Shown here: positions 51,966-64,000 of the stretch, piece after piece
How the letters are laid out: the number at the start of each line of letters is the position of its first letter
Numbering within the stretch: position 1 is the first letter of the stretch
Assembly: GCA_020137815.1 (NCBI GenBank)
Contig: CM035351.1
Location: 8,494,001 to 8,558,000, forward strand
From: Hormiphora californensis
Taxonomy: Eukaryota > Animalia > Ctenophora
Direction of reading: 5' to 3'
Length of the DNA: 64,000 bases
Notes under the pieces: model-generated
What the model was told of the DNA's origin: nothing
What the model saw: only the letters and a program-made list of their open reading frames with translations
Database searches by the model: none
Position numbers and translations under genes: made by a program

Positions 51966-54900
51966 TTTCTCTCTCTTTAATTTTTTGAGACAGTTCTGAA
52001 CACTGCACAATGGTTTATAGACAGGGAGCTAGATAAAGAGATGGTTATTATGTGATTTATGAGAGAGTAATTATGAATTATGGTCTGCTACGGGGTTTAT
52101 TCCTTGTTGAGAGGAAAATACAGAGATCCACTAGAAGGCAACACAGAATTAGTGGAAGGTAAATGAGTTGTCTCCACCTGACAGGTTCGCTGGTTAATGA
52201 AGTAGAGGACACGACTCTCTTCCAGACAGTTGACATTGATGGTTATGAGAGGGAGGGATATGATGAGGGGGAGGATGATCATGCCTTAGTGATCGAGGAG
52301 GAATCAGAAGATGATCAAGATGGCGAGGCAGCGGCCCTTCCTCCGCTGAACGGTCGTCATCCCTTCAAGTTGTCCCCGGAAGTCCCGTCTCCCATCTCAC
52401 CCGAACCCAGTTTGGAGCCACCTCGCTCCCTTAAACACATCAAATCAGACACCCCGTAAGCTACTTTCATTAATTATCGCTATGGTATTGCGATAAATAT
52501 TATAATATTTATTGCAATGCCTTAGAAGTTAAGTGGTAAGTAATACTAAAAGATGGGGCTAAGTAGCGTACCACCTAGTCGTCTCGAGACAGAGCAAAAG
52601 CTTCGTTCAATATGTCGCGACACCATATCGCTAATTTTTTTAACCATTTTTTCTCGCCTATTGTCAGATAGAGAGTTGACATTTTAAAATATATCAATTT
52701 TCAAATGCCAAAGCTCTATCGAATCCAAGTCTATCGTGAATCATTCATCTTGTCTCAATTTTCTATTAATAAAAGTACGACACACCACACCATATTCTCC
52801 CTATATGCTCTCATCAGGCACTCATCTCTTTCCGATAAGCGGTACATGGTATCGGAGGAAGAGGCGGGGATCAGGCTGGTAACAGTTATTGGTAGTGACA
52901 CACACGCCAGGGACAATCTGATATGGAGGGGACAAAATCTCTCCTACTCTCAGGGAAATGTGGTAGTCACTGAGAACTTAAAGTAAGTGGAAAAATAAAA
53001 TGCCGATCCGAGCAGTACCTATCCGAATGCATCCTCCACTCTCTTTGTCTTTTTAATTCCCTGAATATCGAGAAACAAATTTACTGATCACGGATTTAAA
53101 ATTATTCCATTTTAGAACATCAGAGCAGCGACATTTGATTCAGCACTCTGAGAGGATAACATGTCTTGCTGCACCCCCGGGTAACATCACCCGGTTGGCA
53201 TCGTGTTCCGGTGCTTACAATCTGCAGCCCTCTGAGATCTGTATTTGGGAGGATGGGGATCTGATGGGCACTCTCTCATATCATGAACACCAGGTATATC
53301 AGGATAGGAAACATGACATACATGTTGAGATCGGATCCGAGGGAAAAGAGAGAGCATCAGATAAGGAATATTGATGAGGGTGGGAGAAAGAGATATACTA
53401 TCGATCAGCGAGAGGGTTAGAGAAAGGTGTGAGTTGGGATGGAGTGGATTCGGAAATTGGGGAAATTTGCATTTACCCCATAAATACCTAATGAGATAAT
53501 ACATATACGCCATATGCACATGTTTTATGCATCTCATATTGTAAGTTTTATGTAACGGTGATTCTCAATGAATAATACCGACTTTGTCTCATATTAGACT
53601 GTCCTCTCCGCTGTGTGAGGCTGCGTGCGAGATCTGTTACATTTCATGTTTTATCGGAGTGTAATTGATCGGGGTATAATTATAGTGTATGAGAATCAAT
53701 GAATGCTTAAATATTCACATACCCGAGCGAAGTTCCTAAAGACATTGTATAACATGTTTACTGTTTAGTCGCTGATTGTCCCTCTATGACACACTCAATG
53801 TGTCCTGATTCTCTCAAACATCTTTTTAGGAGTCATATACCTAAAACACCTTACAGTACTTTGAAGAAGCTTATTTGAGTTCCCCTCTCAGAACTGAAAT
53901 CAAAGTCTCTCTTTAGTTGAAATTTAGTCCAAAAACCAATTAAATAAATTAGTTTGGATGCCCGGGCCCATTTGGTGTCACGGGGGTAAAACCTTTAGGC
54001 TACTGTCATAAATAATGGCATATCTCGTTTATTTTTCAATACACATCTCTCGTTTTTCTTTTCTCTTTCTCTCCCTCCCTCTATCTCTTTCCCCCTCTTT
54101 TCCTCTTTCTCCCACTCTCCACCTCCATATTTCCCTCTTTCTCTTTTTTTTTCTCTCTTTTATTTATATTTCTCTTACTATTTCTCCGTCTTTCTCGATA
54201 TATCTCACTCTTTATATCACAATTTGTTTTTCTTTATCTCTCTCGATATTCATCATTTATGACAGTAGCCTAAAGGTTTTACCCCCGTGACACCAAATGG
54301 GCCCGGGCATCCAAACTAATTTATTTAATTGGTTTTTGGACTAAATTTCTGTTCTTTTTGGTGTAAAAAAGAGACAACTTTTTTCCTGATTTTATTTTGG
54401 GATCTGAATGCTACATAAATATGCATATAACGGCTAAACGGTGGGAGTTACGAACTTTTGTCTGGGGGAAGACCCCCATAAATCGACTATTTTGAGTCGG
54501 AATATAATACCCAAGAAAACGTTTTAGGGTCAGCCGAAGTGGAAATTTTAAAGGGTATGCATAAAATCATGAATTTGAGCATAAATATGCAAATAACGGC
54601 TAAACGGTGCGAGATACGAATTTTTGTTCGGGGGACGACCCCCCACAAATCGACTATTTTGAGTCTGAATATACTCAAGAAAACGTTCTAGGGTCAGCCG
54701 AAGTGGAAATTTTAAAGAATATGCATAAATTTGAGCATAAATATGCAAATAACGGCTAAACGGTGCGAGATACGAATTTTTGTCGGGGGGACGACCCCCC
54801 ATAAATCGACTATTTTGAGTCGGAATATACCCAAGAAAACGTTCTAGGGTCAGCCGAAGTGGAAATTTTAACGGGTATGCATAAAATCATGAATTTGAGC

Positions 54901-56553
54901 ATAAATATGCAAATAACGGCTAAACGGTGCGAGATACGAATTTTTGTCCGGGGGACGACCCCCCATAAATTGACTATTTTGAGTCGGAATATACCCATGA
55001 AAACGTTTTAGGACGAGCCGAAGTGGAGATATAACGCAATTAAGTTATTAAAATGAATAATTAATGAATAATTAATGAATAATTAATGAACTATGGCGAT
55101 TTCGAAGTTTTCACATAGCCTATACCACGCCAAATAATGCAAGGAACCAATGTTCCAAACGGCAAGTCTCTACTATTTCTGGTTTAGGAGAACACTCAAT
55201 CTCCTCCCCTCCCGTCCCCTCCCGTCCCCTCCCGTCCCCTCCCTTACATTTTTGCATTTTGGGACCCCTCTGGCAAATTTTTACCTTACATCCGATCATT
55301 CTGAAATTTTGTATGCCTCTTTTCCTATATGAGGGCCCTCAGAGTACAAAATTTCATCCCTCTACTTCATCTGGAACATGCATTTTTAAAGCATCAAAAA
55401 CCCCGAAATTTGCAATGGTATATAGTAGCACTGGCAGGTTAACGCGCTTGTGTGTAGAAGTATTCCGTGTGCTCTCTCTTTTATTTTTTGAGTTAGAGGG
55501 TATTTCTAAGGTGGGGGCTCTGCCCCCACACCCCCGTTTAGGGTGGGGGCTGCGCCCCCACACCCCCCTTTTGGGCCCGGGGCACTTGCCAGTGCTATGA
55601 TCCTTGATCGACCTCACCTTACCATGCATCAGTCGGGCTAATCAATCTGCTGCACTTATTCCGCTACTAACTATAAAAGGCTTCTCATTTATGTGGTCCA
55701 TGACTCTCTTGAGAGTTCAGCCTGAACAACCTCCTTGAGTGATCCTTCCCTGACTCCTCAACCTATCATCCCATTACTGAATCTTTCTTCAATAACCGAG
55801 AGCTTGGTAACGAAGTAACCCCTCCCTTCCCAGCGCACGAATGTCGCGAGGGGTTATTTCGCAAACAATCGAGAGCTAGATGTAGATTGTAGAGCTAGAT
55901 TGTAGACTACAGTGTACAGTGTAGACCTAGACTGTAGCTTTCCATACTGCCTCATGATCATGGAATGATATGACATACACATGACATATTGTCCTCTCTT
56001 TTTCTTTCGGTTTTTACACGTCCCACACCTCTGAACAGCGTCAATCTAGTCACGCCCCCCCCCCCCCCCTAGTCACGCACCCTCCAGGAGAGGGGGGGGG
56101 AACCCTCCTCATTTCATCAGGAGCGTGGAAGTAACACCTTTATCATTCCACTTTCATCCAATCATTCCAATTGCTTTCTCTCTCCCACAAGAAAACCCGA
56201 TTTGGAGATGAAACCCAAGAATCTGTCACAATGACGTTGGGCAGACGTCACGCGTTGGCTAAATAATTGATCGAATTTAAATACCTTTTTTAGTCGTATC
56301 TCGACTACCCGTGATCATTCAGCTGTCCTTTATAAATCGAATTTTTTACGTAACTTTTATGTCTCTCAAATTAGTTTCTTGTCTTGTTACTATCCTGGTA
56401 GTTGGGGGCATTCCTGGTAGTTGGTGGCATTAGTGTAAAACTCTGCATCGCGTGAGTTTAATTTGACTGCTGCAGCAGCCGACGAGGGACGCATTTAAAG
56501 GGATGGAGATAGGGAGATGTCTTTCATTTATTTGTGATTACATTTTACTATAG

Positions 56554-56652
<99 letters not shown>

Positions 56653-59600
56653 TTTCTCTGCCTCACTGCTTATTTTAAAATTCCTGTCTGCTATGTTTCC
56701 ACTTTCCTATTCAGTATACCCTTTGAGACAGTATTCTGCTTTGTAATATACTAATTATGCAAACTAATCGAATAACAACCATTTAATGAGGGCTTTGGAT
56801 ATTACAGTTTACATAGTATCTTTTCGTTTCTTGTCTATTTCCATTTTTCCTGTAAATTTCGAGAGGTTTTTCATGGCATTATGTGCTTTTCAGAATGGGA
56901 GAAGAAAAATGTCGCCTTGAATATTATACTGAATACACTTATTCAACAATTGACCTCAATTATTCATTCAGATTCCAGGAGAAGACTTTCAATGCGTTGA
57001 AAGCACACTATATCTGCAAATGTTATGTTTTATATGCTTTGATCCATACCGAACGGTGACCACATTTATTCACAGCTTTAGTTAGTTCATTCAAGAAAAT
57101 ATTTATTCTCTCCCAGGGCTTCTCTGCATTATCTCAACATATCTTTCATGCCGGTCTGGTTTAGCAGTAAGTTTATCCCTTTTTAAATACTGTTCTTATT
57201 CACTTGGTTCTCATTGTGCAATCTTGTGCGATCAGTTTCATTATGGCGGAACCTCTTTTTTATCATTGCCACCTCTATAATCACCTTCTCTATTTTTAGT
57301 CGCCTCAATTTTATTCCTATATAAGAACTTAATTTAAAAGGCATATAAATTATCTGAATTCAGAGCTCAGACAAATTAACGTTATTGCGTTGTAATACCT
57401 GTTTTGTGCAACTTTCATTTCAATTACATTTTGTTCCCCCTAGTACTAGCGCTGTGATAAGACTCACTCCATATTCATTAATTAAACAGGTCCCACCCAC
57501 TCTCAGAATGAACGAATATGATGATGATGGTGGTGATGGTAGTACAGGGTGCTGCTAAAAAAGTGGTCACCTCCCTTCCTGTATCCACAGAAGCTCATCC
57601 TCAACTTTGGTCTCGACTTCACCTTCGGAACAGCCTGTTTGCTATGTTTTGTGTCCGGTGGCATTGGTAACACCGCCGCTTTCTTCTACTTCAAAATGTC
57701 ACGGAACAACGTCGCCCACACCATCTACAAAGTCATCACTCTAACCGATGTGGTAGTTAGCGTGTGTGTTGTCCCCGTTGCTTGGTGCTACTTCTCGGAA
57801 CGGTCCCCGGGCCTCCTCTTTGGGATCCCAGCCCTATGTACCATCTGGGGATACACGTGGAACATAGTGGGGAGGCTCAGTATTTTCCTAGTCGTGGTCC
57901 TCAGTACAACCCGTACAATCCTCGTTATGAAGCCCTTCTATTCGATCAAGACCTCCTGGGTGCTCCTCTCCATCGCTCTCTACACCCTTTTCCTCCTGGT
58001 TCAGCTCCTGCTGAATGACTGGCTGCTCGATGCCTCAGTACAGTATAAGCGCCTCTACGGGGAGTGTGTGTTTTACACAGCCCTAAAACCACGATACCCC
58101 ATCATCCACTTCATTGGCTACACAGTTCCCTTTATAATCCCCATGTTTGTGGTGTTGGTTAGCTGTGTGTGCACGGTGTATGCTATAGCGCTGAAGCCCA
58201 AATCGAATGATGCTCACAATGTCATTCTCCAGACCAGTAGTTCTCGTGTCACCAAGACCATCCTAATCTTCACCGCTGTCTACTGCATCTTCAATGTCCC
58301 ACTGGTATTTGACCGGCTGTTCGTTGCCGTCCAGAACCTCTTCAAGGGCCACAAAGATCTCTACGAGTTCAAGTTCCGGGAGTACTACCTCAACTTTACC
58401 TTTAGTCTCAGTGTGGCTATTAATAGTGCCCTCAATCCCTGGCTATACCTGTGGAGGATGGTCAACTTCAGGTCCTTCCTGAGGAGATGTGTCAGGAGGG
58501 CCATACCTCACCGATATAATGCCGTTGATCACAGTTGTGGTGGCCCCAACCTTGCCAAGCGTGGAACCCAGGAAACAATTAACCTGTGAACTTTACATGG
58601 ACATTGTGTTGTAGAGTGGATTATATTTTGTAATAAAAGTTGTGAAATTCGACCCGCTATTATATTTTGAAACTATTATTAAATGTGCAATCAATGTGTA
58701 TTTTTATAGAAGGCATCACCTCTCGTACAACTAATTACTCCTCTCCTGACATTGACAGTGAATTTGCCAGGGTTGCCCACTAATAGACTGTAAGAGAGAA
58801 GAGGAAAAGGGTAGTGAGAGAGAGATAATAGGGAAGCAAGAGGGAGCGACAGGGAAAAAATAGAGGAATCAATATTTCTGATTTGCCCAATTCGACCATT
58901 CACGAACATTTTGACAGATGTTCTATAAGGGAAGAGGAGGGTAAATTTAAATTTCCTTTCATGAACACACTGCACATGTGGCATAATGACATTACATCAT
59001 TATTTTCCCTACTCTTAAGATTATGCAAGGATATTGAAAACTCCGCCAGTTTCGTAAAAGGGAGATCTCATTACGACATACTCCAGTCATGCAAATTGCA
59101 ATCACTATATAGTCTGACAAGTGACAACCACAATTAGAAGATCTGATGCAATGAACTCATTAAATTTGTCGTAGAATGATGTCTTCTAAGTTCTAATACT
59201 TGAAAAGCTGCAACTAACTAACTACACAAAGTAATACCAGCTCCAGATCCCTGATTCTGTCGAGCAATTTACCAGGAATCCCTTCCGAAGTAACCTAATA
59301 ACTATATCTACATTTTTCTGCAGATTCAGAGTGTATCATTTACAGTTGATGGTAGTTACCTCATATCAGTGGGGAATTACAGGGAAAATGCACTTGTCGT
59401 GTGGAATATGAGCGATTTCAGTGTTCATACCGTTGCCAAGGTAATTTGGACTCGAGACTTGGACCGACAAATTAAAACTCTTTATTTTAGGAACGATTTA
59501 CTCTTCTAGTCTCAATTTGTCGCAATTCAACGCATCTATTAGTTCGTTAATTAGGAGAACAAGATTTTTAATATCTTCTCAGGCTGCTAATCTCGGTTCG

Positions 59601-62600
59601 AGCCCGGCCCTCGCCAGATATTTTTCTAATTTTCCTCCCTATTTAATCCTGAACAAGATCTCATCATTGATATTTAATTAGGAGACTCATATCGAAAGTG
59701 ACAACTTACCGTGCGGCGTGCTCCGCAATCTGTTAGCGTCGGTCGAGTTTGGGTTGTACCAACTTTGTGCCATGAGTCATGATGGAGCACCGCGGTTACA
59801 CAATACCTACTTCAATTCACCCTGCCCCTCTAGAAGGAACTAATACACTTCACCCCCCCCCCCTACTAGACGGAACTAATACACCCCACCCCCCCCCCTA
59901 CTAGACGGAACTAATGCACTCCCCCCCCTTCTAAAAGAAACTAATTATACACCTCACCCCCCCCCCCCCCCCTACTAGACGGAACTAATACCCCCCCCCC
60001 TACTAGAAGGAACTAATACCCCCCCCCCCTACTAGACGGAACTAATACACCCCACCCCCCCCCCCCTACTAGACGGAACTAATACACCCCACCCCCCCCC
60101 CCTACTAGAAGGAACTAATACCCCCCCCCCCTACTAGAAGGAACTAATACCCCCCCCCTACTAGAAGGAACTAATACACTCCCCCCCCCCCCCCCCTCTA
60201 GACGGAGGGTCATGTGAACGCAGTGGCATGTGATCCCCAGCGTGTAACAGAGTTTGTAACAGTCGGGAAACATGTTCAGTTCTGGGTGTTAGACTCAAGA
60301 GAGGAACTCTCTGTTGCATTAGGATCCATCCCTGCCAAATTTGTGAAGAGGTAAATCATCCGATTCTTTGTCCTTGAAATGACCGTCATATGTTCTAGAG
60401 AACAAGCATAGAAAATTGCAACTCACATTCCACTTCTCTCCCATCTTTCCCTCGTTGCATATTTATCTAAATTTATATATCCCAGACTACTCGAGCAGTA
60501 TACTCCCCCGTTCTCCCCCACGAATTATATTCTGAATAAATGTCATCCCTTTTACAGTATGGGTGGAAATGTTGAGTTTACGTGTGTCTCGTACTCTGAT
60601 AATGGTTTAGTGTATGTGGGTCTGGTGTCGGGACACATTACACTATGGGACCCCCACACTACATCGTGCCTACTACATTGGTCAGCTAGTAGCTTGGAGG
60701 TAGCAGTGATTCGTTACCATGGCGACCACTTATTGTCAGGTGAGTTATTTTCACTGATACATATTCTGGGGAACTGGAATAGTAACACTTAGCCGATTTG
60801 ATAAAGTTGTTCTACGAGGGATGAAATAATACCAAGTAAAAAACTTGGTCAAGCTCCAAACACACCTCTGTTTGCAATTTGCATAATTACACCCTTCTTA
60901 TGGTGTGTTCTTTAGAAAACATCTCTCAGAGAAGGGGCGTTGTTATAACGCCTCTAAACACTAAAAGGGATCATGATGCATAACCCACTCTTCCTCTCCC
61001 CAGGTGGAGCGGATAAAAAGTTGAAACTGTGGCTGGTATCAACTGCAGAGGACGATGGAGGGTGTACTGTGTTGTTACAGGATGAACTGCAATTTGATGG
61101 AGCCGTCACATCCTGCCAAATGGACGATCAGTTCAACTTAGGTACACTGGAACATTGTAGGATCAGTCAATTCAGATATCTGATCATGTGCCTTAGCCCT
61201 TAACAATGTGCAAACTATCCAACATGAAGTGTGGTTCGAGTGATGAAATAAAGATCCAAAGTTAATTTTTGGCCATTTGCTGGGGCACGGAATTGCTATT
61301 TGGTGTTGGACCGGGGCCAGAACCAGGTTAACCGCTGGTTAACCGCGATCATGTTATCTCTGAATGTCAGAACTCAGAAATGTTGCACTGGGATAGATCT
61401 GCAGACAACAGATTCCGAAACTTTTCACATGTTTGTAACGCGCGGCGACACGGCAACTATTGGAAGAAGATTTCAGCAGTCTCTCCACAAGACCGTTTGG
61501 CAATGCCCGCGAAATTCAACCGTCTTCTTCTAATTCTATTTTCATTTGTTGCATGCCCTCTCCGACCCCATTGTCCCTGTCATTATGATTGTGATATCAC
61601 CCTGAAAGGGTTAGTTACACTTGACAGTTGAATTAACCCCTTCTCATTTCCCCAGGAATTGTTGGCACAGTATCAGGAACGCTTCACTACATAAACTGGG
61701 AGGAGAAAACCTCTATACGACTTGTGAGTGGTCATGCAGACACCGTTACCCAAGTAACAGGTGGACCCGGCGATTCCTTTGCAGTGTCAGTTCGCATGAT
61801 GGCAGTCTACGGGTGTGGAATTATGGTATGTATCACTGCAGCTACAGCAGTTTTTTTATACTTTTTAAAAGCACAAAAAGAAACCCTGATCTAACTTGTT
61901 TCATTTTGTTCTTTCGCTCTCGGGACCCCGGTCACCGATAGAGCACTTTTTGTGGAAGGTGAACCAGTCGTGTGCTTTTTTAAAACTCACTTTGTTTCAG
62001 AACCTTTGGAACAGTTTCTGCAATTCCAAGTCCTCGGTGTAGAGTGTACGTGCTGTGCTTATCGGGACGGTGGTCGTCTAACTGCTGGCTACTCAGACGG
62101 GACAATTCGGACTTTTGATTTGGAGGAGTCAGCCATGGTTCTAAAGATAGTTCCCCATTCTTCTCCTGTTACAAAACTCACTTACAGTAGTGACAGTAAG
62201 TTCCAATTTGTGTAGAAAATAGGAATCCTGGGAATAAGTTGCTATCATACCTCCAGGGACTCTCTATTGCACACAAAAGTGTTCCAACACAGACTTGGTT
62301 ACCCCCCCCCCCCCCCCCACGCCATGATACTACTTTATTGCGTTGTTGCGACTTGCGTAACCCCTTCTGTAGTGACTAGAATGCCAGACAGTCTTATGAC
62401 ACGGTCCAGTTGTTATGCACTTTTAACTCTGACGTGTCTCAATAACTGTCTCGACTTGCTCGACCATCTCCCTCCTTGACTACCTAACTATCTTGATGCC
62501 TCTCTGATTTCCATTTCCTACTCTCCAGTTGTTGAGTAACCAACTCAACAACTCTCCAGGGCTGTCAGAGCATTGGCCTGACCCTATTTTCGAGAACTGC

Positions 62601-63483
62601 CATGGTCAGAGCATTGGCCTGACAACTCAAGGGTGTTTCTAAATTCTAATACTAATAGAACTCTCTCTATCTCTCTCCAGGGTTGGTGTTGCTAGCCGGG
62701 GATAAGACGGGCACGGTGTCCGTTAGTAACGCCGAAACGGGCCTAACCCTACGATTAGTTAGTGAACACAAGAATGGGGCAGCTGTTACTGCTCTGGCGG
62801 TGTCTCCCTTGTGTTCTCACTGGCTTATTGCTACTGCTGATAGGAGGCTGAGTGTGTGGCAGGCATCATGGGTAAGTGATAGACTGGTAGAGCTAAAACA
62901 GACTACAGTATTCACACTATGCTGTCCCCACTCCCCAGACTACTAGTACTACTGCAATCATAGCCTGTTCTGTATAGAGATCCCAATTCCCAATTCTCAG
63001 TATAGCAGCTACTATTATATCTTCACCACCCACCCTCTCTTCAGGAAGTGGACGATAACAAGTTGAAATGTTGGCTGTCATTCCCAGGGCCTGCATTCTC
63101 CCCCGGTGGTACACCCCAGCCCTCATTTGACAAATTACCCCCCTCCCTGGCAGTATTCTCTCCCCTCGAACGAGATACCCTCCTGTATACCGGGTACGGG
63201 ATGTATCAAGGAGGTCACTTTCTACAACTTCATCTCCAAGACCACAACCCGGAAGCTGTCTCTGGCACATTGGGCTGTTAGTATGGTGGTGGTACCTGGC
63301 TCTAATCTCCTTGTGGTGGGCACCCACGATAGGCTGGTGACCATCTTGGACTACACAAGTGGAACTTTCCAGGACTTTGTGGCCCATTGTGGAGAGGTTG
63401 GGGTTGTGAGTTATTGGGAGGGTAAGGGTGTAGTTGTTAGTGGGTCAGGAAGCGCTCTGGCCCTATGGAAACTGAGAGTTTGA
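46662..63483 (+). CDS. WDR90: WD repeat-containing protein 90 (CFA20/DUF667 domain plus WD40 repeats; centriolar)
   Basis: About 17 exons starting 46662-46778, 46849-46998, 47429-49084, 49296-49450, 50891-51627 ... 59324-59440, 60202-60350 ... last ending 63483. MSDLWQSPYVNVFKH...WKKS..EGDV, NYIAVPK..QSLGLTG, ISVSNLYK.FKASSTWLQFP, WLSFPGP, TFQDFVAH. Several 1-bp frameshifts (about 48830, 48970, 61790, 63200). Confidence 0.92.
49456..50636 (-). CDS. Rhodopsin-class GPCR, 3 exons, nested antisense in a WDR90 intron
   Basis: Exons about 50636-50444, 50340-50196, 50080-49456: TM1 GIN, TM2 NLSVSDL, TM3 ITYDRYVAVIIPLRY, TM4 W, TM6 CFTMSWLPF, TM7 NCLSDPILY. Confidence 0.9.
53919..54349. mobile_element. 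MITE-like element, 95-bp perfect inverted arms around a CT-rich spacer
   Basis: 53919-54013 is the reverse complement of 54255-54349. Confidence 0.85.
54400..55030. repeat. About 160-bp tandem repeat, about 4 copies
   Basis: ATAACGGCTAAACGGTG recurs at about 54427, 54593, 54749, 54913. Confidence 0.9.
55155..55620 (+). mobile_element. Helentron/DINE-1-like element
   Basis: GGCAAGT...ACTTGCC subterminal repeat, (CCCGTCCCCT)n microsatellite near the 5' end, short 3' hairpin. Confidence 0.45.
57508..58589 (+). CDS. Rhodopsin-class GPCR, intronless CDS, nested on the same strand in WDR90 intron 53294-59323
   Basis: 7 TM with GN, LTD, C-TM3, LSTTRT (DRY variant), PF, FNVP, NSALNPWLY. ATG 57508 joins the ORF if one G is missing at about 57548. 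AATAAA at about 58632. Confidence 0.88.
59825..60201 (+). repeat. Minisatellite of duplicated 3' splice-site units ending in the functional WDR90 acceptor
   Basis: About 11 units of ACTAAT-(ACAC)-polyC-TACTAG-A(C/A)GGA before the real CTCTAG|ACGGAG at 60201/60202. Confidence 0.9.
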
Positions 63484-63854
63484 GACTGAAATCAGACATG
63501 TGAAATTTTCACATTGTGAAAATCTTTACTTGGAGATTCAGAACCGACTCGGATGTTGAACCGCCAAAGTGTCCTAGCCTGTTCATTTTTTAAATCCCAT
63601 GTGATATATTGGTTTGACACTGCCAGACAGAATGAATATTGAATATGAACAATGGACTAATATTATGGAGCTCCATTGAAATGAGCACTGAGCAGTGTTC
63701 AGAACAGTGTTCAGAACAGATTGAGATATGTACAGTATTGTGCACCTGTGCACTATGTTTATATTAGGGCTTGCTTCTTATTATATCTGTATTGTCATAT
63801 TATCAGTCTTGTCATAAAGTCACATATTCATACGTGCATTCACAGAACAGGCCA

Positions 63855-64000
<146 letters not shown>

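Noticed and set aside
59580-59617. tRNA-like GGTTCGAGCCC...CCA fragment
   Set aside because: Only a T-arm-like piece; no D-arm, anticodon arm or acceptor stem pairing.
46662-63483. WDR90 / PGAM5 as pseudogenes or programmed frameshift genes
   Set aside because: Frameshifts are single-base, mostly at short homopolymers, with otherwise intact exons and splice sites; consensus error is more parsimonious.
33228-63483. MNS1 and WDR90 as a ciliary gene cluster
   Set aside because: Only two genes, separated by unrelated genes; no synteny evidence available here.

Overview
Eukaryotic (animal) genomic DNA: GT-AG introns, abundant (CT/GA)n microsatellites, no prokaryotic features. By manual splicing I can reconstruct six multi-exon host genes: a semaphorin (minus strand, running off the window start), a PRAS40/AKT1S1(Lobe)-like gene, PGAM5, MNS1, a TMEM272-like gene and WDR90. 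There is also a partly garbled FKBP7/14-like gene. Three genes sit inside introns: an intronless SLC6 transporter antisense in PGAM5 intron 3, a 3-exon rhodopsin-type GPCR antisense in WDR90, and an intronless-CDS GPCR on the SAME strand in another WDR90 intron. Introns and intergenic DNA carry a LINE inserted into another LINE, an L2-type 3' fragment, foldback/MITE elements, Helentron(DINE-1)-like elements and minisatellites. The nested genes, splice acceptors just upstream of start codons and GPCR style suggest a ctenophore (inference only). Several single-base frameshifts and two garbled stretches (about 3.1-5.1 kb and 36.4-37.0 kb) point to draft-quality consensus. Highlights: a minisatellite built from about 11 copies of a complete 3' splice site in front of a WDR90 exon; the same-strand nested GPCR; a PRAS40-like protein whose Akt site appears relocated; an SLC6 lacking the near-invariant TM3 tyrosine; and a GPCR stop codon overlapping the host splice donor.
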